Shown here in pieces: positions 1-9,160 of a stretch of 16,168 nt of DNA; the stretch's first letter is position 1, and each line of letters starts with the position of its first letter. The translations under genes and the position numbers were made by a program. Origin of the DNA: Piromyces finnis finn (Eukaryota; Fungi; Neocallimastigomycota); assembly GCA_002104945.1 (NCBI GenBank), contig MCFH01000213.1, positions 1 through 16,168 on the forward strand, read 5' to 3'. Under the pieces are notes generated by a model. That model searched no databases. It was given only the letters and a program-made list of their open reading frames with translations, and had not been told where the DNA came from.

Positions 1-408
1 CGTATTATTAAATAATTAAGAATTAATACATCTTGTATGTATCATAGAAGTTATATAAAAAAAATATTGTTTTATTAAAAAATATCTAATTCTTTTCTCT
101 TGGATAATTAGTAACCATTTATTAAATTTAATATAATATATTTAATTTTACTGGATTATTAGGAACATCTTTAAAAAGAACATTTTCTATTACTATTTAT
201 ACAAAATTATTATTTTAAAGTATAATTATAAACAAATATAAACTATTTAATTTAAAAATAAATAAACAATTAAATAGACAAAAAGTTTACATTTATAATT
301 TTTAATTTAATAATTTTATACATGTTAATTATTTTAATTTTCAACTGTGTTTTAATATTATTATTATTATTATTATTAATTATAATTTATAAATTTAATT
401 ATTTATCA
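1..408 (-). mobile_element. Copy of the TGATA...TATCA LTR family (family A), cut by the left window edge
   Basis: Reverse complement of about 3113-3450 (TGATAAATAATTAAATTTATAAATTAT...AAAACACAG...GTTCCTAATAATCCAGTAAAATT). It starts with TGATA at 408 on the minus strand and is more diverged toward position 1. Confidence 0.8.
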
Positions 409-420
409 TTTTTAAAAAAT

Positions 421-463
421 AAGAATATTATCTTAATTCTATAAATGAAATATAGAAAGTGAT
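421..463 (-). repeat. 3'-terminal (U5) fragment of a family-A LTR
   Basis: Reverse complement of ATCACTTTCTATATT(T)CATTTATAGAATTAAGATAATATT, also found at about 3636-3673 and 5994-6031. Confidence 0.8.
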
Positions 464-625
464 TGTCATAATCACAATTCATGAAATTTGACATTTCATG
501 AAATTTCATAATTTTGAATTATTAGTTAAATTAATTAAAATATTAATTTAATAGTATTTTACTAATAATAGTTTATTTAATATAAATATTAATTGGAAAG
601 CTATTTATTATCCGGAGATAAATAG
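464..625 (+). mobile_element. Putative left end of another LTR-like insertion (TGTCATAA...); right end not found
   Basis: Family-A homology stops exactly at TG (464). A perfect 10-bp hairpin follows (TTCATGAAAT 478-487 / ATTTCATGAA 493-502), then an 8-bp one (601-608/618-625). No matching CA+GTGAT TSD is seen. Confidence 0.4.
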
Positions 626-1788
626 TGTAACAATTAATTAATATTAAACAAACTAATTAGTAAAATAAGATTCATTTAAATAATTATTAATATTATTTTT
701 AACAACTTATTAATATCGATATTTAAAGAAAATTATATTATATTATTATTATATTTTATTAATATTAATATTTATATTTATATTATTATATATGCATAAC
801 TTAAATTATATTATTATTATACTTTATTAATATCAATATTATATTAAAAATGAAAGTATAAATAAGTTGAACAAAGAACAACTTTAAGAAGTTCTTTGTG
901 AGATTATTAATACTCATTTTATATAGTAAATTCAATATTTAAAATTGATAATTATCATTTATTTATATTATAAAAATTAAATAAAATAATTCCATAAAAA
1001 CTATATTTATTATTCTTTTATTTTTAAAAAAGATTATTATTTACTATATAATTAAGCCTATCCTAACCTAGTAGACTTAATTATAGTTCTAAATCCACTC
1101 AAACTCTTGACATAAAAATCGGGTTATAATAATTTTATATTTATTAATTTCATTATTTATTAAAATTATGTCACAATAACATATATAAAAATTTAAAAAA
1201 TTTGGACACATGGAAAAAAATTAAAAATTTTTTTAAAATTTGAAAATTTGAAAATTTGAAAAAATTTATTTTTTAAATTTTTATTAAAAAATTTCAAAGT
1301 ATAAAATTTCTAATATTTGAAATTATTAAATTTTTTTAAAATTATTAAAATTTTATTATTAAAAATTTTATTTTAAATTTATTAACTATTTACAATAATT
1401 ATATTAATTATTAATTTATAAAAATTAAATATTTTATAATTAGACAATAATTAATTAAAATTAAAAAATGTAATAATTAAAATTGTTCATATATAAAAAG
1501 AACAAAAATTGACAAAAATTACGAAGCTTTAGCGTTAGTAATTTTTAACTTAAAGTTAATAAAATTTATAAACTCCTATAAAACCTAAAACTTTAAAAAT
1601 TTTAATATTTTTAATAACTTAATATATGCTGATATTAAGTTATTACTTAAATAAAAATATTATTTAATTTTCTTTATATAAATATTATTAACTTTACGCC
1701 TTCAATAGGAAAGCGTATTATATTTGTTAATTAATATAACTAGTGTGCTTACCACACTTTTCTTTAATAAAATATCGCTTTTTGACAA

Positions 1789-1840
1789 TGTAAGAAATTA
1801 GAATTAAACTTAAGTAATTCTATATTTCTTATTAAAATGT
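1789..1840 (+). repeat. 52-bp perfect inverted repeat, left arm (partner 3055-3106)
   Basis: TGTAAGAAATTAGAATTAAACTTAAGTAATTCTATATTTCTTATTAAAATGT is the exact reverse complement of 3055-3106. Confidence 0.95.
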
Positions 1841-2008
1841 ATACATTTTTCATGTTTTATTTTATTAATATTTTATAAATGTAACAATACTTATTATGTA
1901 ATATTTGTAATGTAAATTAAATTGTAGTTTTATTTTAAATTATATTAAACATCTTATTTAATTATTTAGTTTATTTTATTATCTAAATTAAAATTAAAGT
2001 AAAATTGA

Positions 2009-2240
2009 TAGGAACCGGATATTAAATATTTTTCCTATCACAAATAGGTTTTGATTTAATTATTCGGTGATTAATAAGAATAGATTATTAATCGAAATCC
2101 TTCTAGGGTTTTCTTATCTAGTCTTTCCCTAGAAGATTTATTTGTTAGACTAGAAAATTCTTTAATTTAACCCAAAACTTTAAAATTCTTATAAATAAAA
2201 CAACTCTTGAATTTAATTAAAAAATTCAAGAGTTATTATT
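2009..2240 (-). repeat. Diverged inverted copy of the hairpin cassette at 7418-7645 (LTR terminal region)
   Basis: Colinear by eye with 7418-7645 in opposite orientation, e.g. TTATTTGTTAGACTAGAAAATTCTTT vs TTATTTGTTAAGATTAGAAATTCTTT, and CGGATATTAA in both. Four stems lie at equivalent positions. Confidence 0.85.
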
Positions 2241-3054
2241 TTTTCTTTGTAAGAAAAAAATAAACTCAAAACTTATTAAGAGAATTTTTAATAAATTTTT
2301 TTAAAGAATTATATAAAAAGAAGAATTATTCAATAAATTAAAATAAGAATAAAACAAACATTAAAGATACGTATTAATTATTTTGTGTATATAGTTATAT
2401 TATTATATTACTTACAGTGTATTATTACATTGTAGTTGTCGCGGATTTCACTTCAGTTAGGTCGGAATATACATATTTACCCTAAGTTTATTAATTTAAT
2501 AAATAAATGAATGAATAAATATTTTAAATAAATAACATTTTATTAATTAACTTTATTTATTAATTTTTATTTAAAGAAAAATTTTTATTTATTAAATATT
2601 ATTATAATTAGAGTAAATATTAAAAGTAATGAACTCTCGAAATTCCTAATGATAGGAATTTTCTCGAGTATTTATACTATCTCTAATAGTAAGGAAGACA
2701 TTTTAAATTTAATACATGACTAATTATTTATATTAATTAACTATTCTATAAATTAATTATATATTAATTATATATGACTTTTCACTCGTGTTAAATTTAA
2801 TAATTATAAAAGTCATATTATCAATCATTTGTAGAAGGAATGATTATTTTATAATTTAGTTTTAATTTCCTTCTTAATCAAATGAACAAAGAGATATTAA
2901 TTCAAACTTTAATAAATATAAAATCTTAATAATTATAATTAATTAATATCTCTTAAAATATTATTTAATTATGTTTTATAATAAAATATTTCTAATTAAT
3001 TAAACGAATAAAACACTAATTAAATAAATAATCATGAATCCACTAATATTCATG

Positions 3055-3106
3055 ACATTTTAATAAGAAATATAGAATTACTTAAGTTTAATTCTAATTT
3101 CTTACA
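3055..3106 (-). repeat. 52-bp perfect inverted repeat, right arm; TGTAAG-type LTR terminus
   Basis: Exact reverse complement of 1789-1840. The terminus resembles the one at 9150. Confidence 0.9.
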
Positions 3107-3112
3107 AAAAAA

Positions 3113-3237
3113 TGATAAATAATTAAATTTATAAATTATGAATTTATAATAATAATAATAATATTAAAACACAGATAGTTAAAAATTAAAATAATTAACA
3201 TGTATAAAATTATTAAATTAAAAATTATAAATGTAAA

Positions 3238-3268
<31 letters not shown>

Positions 3269-3687
3269 TAAATTAAATAATTTATATTTGTTTATAATTA
3301 TACTTTAAAATAATAATTTTGTATAAATAGTGATAGAATTACTTTATTTTAAAATTGTTCCTAATAATCCAGTAAAATTAGATAATAATATTAAATTTTA
3401 TTAAAATAATAGTTGTGATTATATTTACATACATTCAAGATGTATTAAACCATAACATATATATATTTAATAATACAAGAGTTATTAAATATTAAATATT
3501 AAAACTTTATAATTAAATAAAATAATTTTATATTTTAAACTAACAAAGACTTGCAAATGAACAAGTATAAAAATCATTCATTCTATTTTTATTTTCTTAT
3601 TTATTTTTATTTATTAAATTTTAGATACAAATATTATCACTTTCTATATTCATTTATAGAATTAAGATAATATTTTCTATTGTATCA
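3113..3687 (+). repeat. 5' LTR of the non-autonomous element (575 bp)
   Basis: TGATA (3113)...TATCA (3687), a 5-bp terminal inverted repeat. Direct repeat of 4484-5030 plus 6000-6044. Confidence 0.85.
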
Positions 3688-3689
3688 AA

Positions 3690-3700
3690 TGGTGGAGAAT
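3690..3700 (+). other. Primer-binding site, tRNA-Ala type
   Basis: TGGTGGAGAAT lies 2 nt after the LTR CA. It is complementary to the ...AUUCUCCACCA 3' end typical of eukaryotic tRNA-Ala (from memory, not searched). Confidence 0.7.
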
Positions 3701-4030
3701 CCAAAAATCTACTGCGTAGCTAATCTTAAGGCCGGAGGGAATTACGCGAACCTCTCTGTTCCCCATAGGAAACTACTGCTACTTCAAATTTAATTAATTT
3801 CAAAATTAATTAAAATCGGAATTAACAATACTTCAACAATATATATTAATATATTCCAATATATTATTAATATATATTAAAAAAATTTCACAAATATTTA
3901 ATTCCAATAATTAAATAAATAACATTAATATCAAAATTTTAAATATTCAAATTATTTAAAATAAAATCAATATTATAATACAAAAACATTATAATATAAT
4001 TCAATTATAAATCCATAATCAATTATAATA

Positions 4031-4110
4031 TACCAATTGTATATTATAAAATAATAAAATTATAATGTATATTTCACCTGAATGAAAAACATTATATTCC
4101 CACTGCTCCA
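4031..4110 (+). pseudogene. Possible decayed remnant of a Ty3/Gypsy integrase C-terminus
   Basis: Translates YQLYIIK**NYNV, then after a 2-nt shift FHLNEKHYIPTAP. This resembles the YxL...(H/N)xVFHVSxLKxY motif, and its position upstream of the PPT fits. Confidence 0.35.
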
Positions 4111-4469
4111 CTCTTCTAAAAACTTATATGAATTTCAAAACAATATGTGGATAATGGAATAAAAGTATCAGAAAATAAACTTTAAATAATAATAAATCTT
4201 AAGTAAGCTTTAATTAATGTGGATATAAATGAAGAATAAAATTATTTGAAAAAGACACTGCAGCTACTATGAAAAACTATCCGGAAAATTATATATTAAA
4301 AATAAATTAATGGAGGACATTGGAAATTAAACATGCATATAAAGAAAGAAAGAAGAAAATCCTAAGAAGAAGAAGAAGTAATAAAATGAAGATCTTTAAT
4401 TATTTATAAAATTTAATTCTTTATCTATTATTTTTCTTTTCATAACTTCAAGGGACGAAGTTATATCTT

Positions 4470-4480
4470 AAGGGCGAAGA
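4470..4480 (+). other. Polypurine tract of the non-autonomous element
   Basis: AAGGGCGAAGA lies 3 nt before TGATA of the 3' LTR. A second copy, AAGGGACGAAG, is at 4450-4460. Confidence 0.65.
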
Positions 4481-4483
4481 TAT

Positions 4484-6044
4484 TGATAAATAATTAAATT
4501 TATAAATTATGAATTTATAATAATAATAATAATAATAATAATTATAATTATAATAATATTAAAACACAGATAGTTAAAAATTAAAATAATTAACTTGTGT
4601 AAAATTATTAAATTAAAAATTATAAATGTAAACTTTTTGTTTATTTAATTGTTTATTTAGTTTTAAATTAAATAGTTTATATTTGTTTATAATTATACTT
4701 TAAAATAATAATTTTGTATAAATAGTGATAGAATTATTTTATTTTAAAAGATGTTCCTAATAATCCATAAAAATTAGATAATAATATTAAATTTTATTAA
4801 AATAATAGTTGTGATTATATTTACATACATTCAAGATGTATTAAACCATAATATATATATATTTAATAATACAAGAGTTATTAAATATTAAAACTTTATA
4901 ATTAAATAAAATAATTTTATATTTTAAACTAACAAAGACTTGCAAATGAACAAGTATAAAAATCATTTATTCTATTTTTATTTTCTTATTTATTTTTATT
5001 TATTAAATTTTAGATACAAATATTATCACTTGTTAAGTTTTTGGATTTGGTTATGCGGCCAGGTCAGAATGTTATCAATTATATAGTAAATATGTTTTTA
5101 AGAAATTAAATTTAAATATAAAATAACCCTTTAAACTTCCAAATGAAAAATTAATATTTATTCTTTAGAATAACTTTTTTTATAAAATTTTATTTATTTA
5201 TTAATAATAATAATATAAATGATAATATATTTAATAACTATATAATTAAGATTATAACTATAATCTTTACAAAGAATTAAAACCAAATTCAATTCATTCT
5301 ATTTTATATTCTTTGTTCAGATTATTAAATTGATAAAAATAAAGTATTACATGTAATATGTTAATAATATAATAAGATTGTTTGTTTGTTTGTTTGTTTG
5401 TTTTGTCATGACATAAAATAAAATAAACATATGATTAATCATTTAAACACTTGATCCATTAACCTATTTTATAATAATTAAAATTATTTAATTTATAAAT
5501 GTTAACTGTTACACCTAAATGGTTTAGTTCTATTTTTAGTAACAGTCACTATCATTAATTAAATTAATATAATTAGAATTTCTATTGATATCTTTTTAAT
5601 TTTCGTCAAGTCATAAGAAATGTCTATGATCCATACTTGATATCATATTAATTTTAATTTACTTATTAAAATCTTCAAATGATCATATCTTCCTTAAATG
5701 ACCAGTTAGAAGGACCGCGATTATACCAAAATATAGCTTTTCCCTTAAGCTTTCTAATAAACTGGGTTTCACAACCGTAGCACTTATTTCGTGTTTGTTT
5801 ATTTTTGGTTAAGGGTTATAGTGTATTGATATTAAATTTTTTGAAATCATAACCCTTTCACTGAACCAAAATTTAAAAGGTGACTTTTAAAGGTGTTTTA
5901 AAATAATTATTGGGATTATTTAATTCTAATTATTATGTTTAATTAATTATAGATATTATCTGAATTTGTTTTAAATCCAGTTAATATCTTCACATCACTT
6001 TCTATATTCATTTATAGAATTAAGATAATATCCTCTTCGTATCA
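4484..6044 (+). repeat. 3' LTR of the non-autonomous element, interrupted at 5031-5994
   Basis: Matches 3113-3687 apart from about a dozen or more substitutions/indels, including an expanded (AAT)n. Ends CGTATCA at 6044. Confidence 0.85.
5031..5994. mobile_element. Solo LTR (964 bp) with 5-bp TSD TCACT
   Basis: TG at 5031, CA at 5993-5994, TCACT at 5026-5030 and 5995-5999. The paralogous empty site TATTATCACTTTCTATA is present at about 3632-3648. Confidence 0.9.
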
Positions 6045-6047
6045 CAA

Positions 6048-7178
6048 TGATGCGTTGACCGATATATTTGTGAATAATATAATGTTTTTAATAAATAATA
6101 AATTCTATATTATAATGATGAAACAATAAATTTAAAATAAAATAAAATAAAATATGTTTTATAATTAACAAATAAATCACTCAAAACTCGAAAATAAACT
6201 CTTATTATGTTTTAAATTAAATCTTTATTATATTTTATAATTTATTTATTATCTGTTTATGGTCTTTTTATTCTCTATTTATTGTCCGCCCTTTATAAAA
6301 AAGAATTTTATCTTCCTTTTATACATTTTCATTTATTACATGTATTATTATTTTTAACTATTAAATGTTATTATTACTATTGTTATTATTTATTAAAATT
6401 AAAAGAATAAATTAAAATTATGTCTTAGTATTATAAAATATTATAGAATATTACTTATTTGATTTTCTTATTACTTCAAAATGTTTAAATTTAGAAAAAT
6501 TATTATAAATTATCATTGACTATCATTAAATGTATAATACCTTGAATAAAATAATTAAAATTTAAAATTAAAATAATATTAAAATAAAATTAAAATAAAA
6601 TTAAAATAAAATTAAAACAAAATTAAAATATTAAAAGTATCAATTATTATAAACACTCATTTTATACAGAAACATAAAAGAGTTCTGTATTTTATCTTTG
6701 GAATTGTTATTATTGTTTTATTTCCAGGTTTTAAGTTTATCATTTTAGTAATAATTACTCAATTAGTTATTTTTTTAATTTATAAGTTTAAGAGAATTTC
6801 TAAAGAACACTTGGATAAACACTAGAATTAATAATTTGATGTATATCATTTTATTTTTAGTTTATTTATTCATTTTTATTTATTTATTATTATTTTATTA
6901 TTTTAGTACATTATTGGATTAAGTCGTTTTATTTTATTTAATAATTTATTTTATTTAATAATTTATTTTATTATTATCACTATTAGGTCGTTTTTACTCA
7001 GAATTTATTATATAATAAAGATAATATTATTTATTTAAAGAAAGGGTTATATTTTCATAAAATTATTATTCATTCATCTTTAAGGGTTATTATTGTTTAT
7101 TTTTATTATAAGTTACTATGGGTTAAGTCGTGTTTACTCAGCTAGTTTTTATCATGTTTTTATGTGAGTAGCGTATCA
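6048..7178. mobile_element. Candidate LTR-like element with TGAT...ATCA termini
   Basis: TGATGCG (6048) and CGTATCA (7172-7178) form a 6/7 terminal inverted repeat. It ends in the same CGTATCA as the family-A 3' LTR. A 4-bp ACAA TSD appears only after removing 7182-9155. Confidence 0.4.
6581..6624 (+). repeat. 11-bp tandem repeat (AAAATAAAATT) x4
   Basis: Four adjacent copies, the last with one substitution. Confidence 0.7.
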
Positions 7179-7409
7179 ACATGTAATAATTATTATATAT
7201 TTAATAATAATTATTATCTACAATATAATAATACAAATCGTAATATGTATTATTAAATTGAGAAGTTTCTTAATAGTAAATAAAAATGAATACTTATCTT
7301 AAAGAGTTTATTATAAGTGAATTATAATAACAAACACAAAATATTAAGACTATCTTTAATGTAAATATTTTTTATGAATATAGTTTTTGAAAGGGTTATT
7401 TATTATAAT

Positions 7410-8642
7410 TGTCTTAAAATAATAACTCTGGATTCTTTAGTGGAATTCCAGAGTCCTTATATTTATAATTTTTTGATAATTTAAAGTTTAATAAAGAATT
7501 TCTAATCTTAACAAATAATCTTTTTAGGAAAAGACTAGAAGAAAAACCTAAAAAGATATTCGATTGATAACTAATATATCAATCATCGTAATATTAAGTA
7601 AAACCGATTAAAATTCGGAAAAACCTTAATATCCGATTGTCCTAATATGTATTTATATTTTCTAATTGTTTCTATAAGTTATTTCAAGATACGATACATA
7701 AATATAAAATACAAACGTAAAATAAAATATATAATGTTTCTTATAAAATGTAATACAAAAATTATTAATTAAAAAATAAATGAATGTTTACTATTATTTT
7801 AAATATATTACTAAATTAAATAAATAAATAATTAATATAGTAATTAAATAAATTTTAAATTAAGTAAATGAATAATTAATATCAATATAGATAAATGTTT
7901 ATAGTAATTTAAATGAATGTATGCTAATAGTTTAAATAAATAATTAATTTAATAATTAAAAAATAATTTGTAAAAGTTTTACTAAACTTATAATTTAATA
8001 TTAAAATATTAAATTAAATAAAAGGTTAAAAGATAACTAGGTTAGAAAAAAAATGTTTTATTAAAATAATCTTAATTGATTTATAAATGAATAATTAAAT
8101 TATATATTATGGTTAAAATAATTTCTTTTATTTTATTTAATGATATATTACTAAAATATATAATAATAAGATTATTTAGTAGTAATACTCATTAAGTATT
8201 AATTATTATTAATAGTTAATAATTTATAGTTAATAATCTTTAGTTAATAATTTATAGTTAATAATTTAATAATTTATGGTTAATAATTTTTGGTTAATAA
8301 TCTTTACAAAGATTTTAATTTCATAAACTATTCTAAACTATTTATACTATTTGTAATTTTACATTTAATAATAAAATAACTTTTCAATACATGATTATAT
8401 TCATAATATATTATATTTTATAATACTTAAACTAAACTTAAGACTTATTCCTAATTATTAAAAAATAACTATTGTTTATAATATTCATAATATTAATTAT
8501 TTCTTAATTATAATATAATTCATTGAATATAATATTAATAATTATAATCCTCTAGTTCAAAGATTATAAATTATGTTATTGAAATAATTATTATAAAATA
8601 AAGTTAATTAGTTCCGGAAAATAATTTTAATTTAATTAAACA
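7410..8642 (+). mobile_element. Nested solo LTR (1233 bp) with 5-bp TSD ATAAT
   Basis: TGT (7410)...ACA (8642). ATAAT lies at 7405-7409 and 8643-8647. The hairpin cassette starts 15 nt inside the left end. Confidence 0.55.
8214..8305 (+). repeat. 14-bp minisatellite (RGTTAATAATYTWT) x6
   Basis: Units start at 8214, 8228, 8242, 8256, 8278 and 8292. Confidence 0.8.
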
Positions 8643-9160
8643 ATAATTTTTATACTTTGAGTGAATGATTTATGTTTGATATATCAGGGGTGATCATTCT
8701 CTGAATAAACAATTAATCATTCTAACAAAATATCTTTAAATTGGAATATCTCGTGAACCAGCAGAGATATTGACCTGATTTTAAGATATGTTGTTTGTCT
8801 CGAGCGTAGCTTTCTAACGAACGTAATTATAACCAAAACATTTTTATTCAAAAATCGTCATTCGTTGAGGAGATACGCGTGTTTTTCCTTATTCCATTTT
8901 AACGATAAGGGTTAAAGTTATTTATTATAAAAATTATTAAGGGTTAAGGTCATATTTTAACCTTTTCTAAATTTTTAAATATTTCTTAATAAAATTTTAT
9001 AATTTATTTGAAAATAAAATATTTGTTGATTTTGAAATTTCATAAGTGATTTCACAATTCCAAGTGATCTTGAAATTGTATTTTCACTAGTATTCGTGAC
9101 ATAATTAAATAAGAATTAATTTATACAAAAAATAATTATTAATTCTTACACAACAAAAAT

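Larger units (their letters stand above)
1469..3106. mobile_element. Candidate composite/solo LTR block
   Basis: Termini TGTAATAATT...TTCTTACA, the same terminal words as 7182-9150. It is flanked by AAAAA on both sides, a low-complexity and therefore weak TSD. It contains several internal LTR fragments. Confidence 0.3.
3113..6044 (+). mobile_element. Non-autonomous (TRIM-like / internally deleted) LTR retroelement
   Basis: Two similar direct LTRs with TGATA...TATCA termini. A PBS follows the first and a PPT precedes the second. The 796-bp internal region is non-coding. The 3' LTR is split by a nested solo LTR. No clean TSD (AAAAA vs CAATG). Confidence 0.8.
7182..9150. mobile_element. Solo LTR with 5-bp TSD CAACA, carrying a nested insertion
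   Basis: TGTAA (7182)...TTACA (9150). CAACA lies at 7177-7181 and 9151-9155. Confidence 0.65.

Noticed and set aside
1528-1540. 13-mer TTTAGCGTTAGTA shared (inverted) with 9435-9447
   Set aside because: The flanks do not align and the offset from the terminus differs, so it is too short to claim homology.
4250-4380. Chromodomain remnant (KNYPEN...) in the non-autonomous element
   Set aside because: It needs several assumed mutations and the similarity is too weak to call by eye.
5378-5413. (TTTG)n followed by the 10-bp palindrome TGTCATGACA as an LTR-LTR junction
   Set aside because: Neither side shows homology to the TGTCA termini beyond 5-7 nt.
7410-9101. One TGTC...GACA element with a 4-bp TAAT TSD
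   Set aside because: 7410-8642 has a 5-bp TSD, and the 9101 word has a homologue at the same offset inside the 3106 terminus. That makes it more likely internal, though this is not excluded.
1-9160. Organellar DNA, rRNA/tRNA genes or a telomere, suggested by AT richness and GGGTTA words
   Set aside because: No cloverleaf, rRNA motif or tandem TTAGGG array is visible. The region is explained by LTR mosaics.
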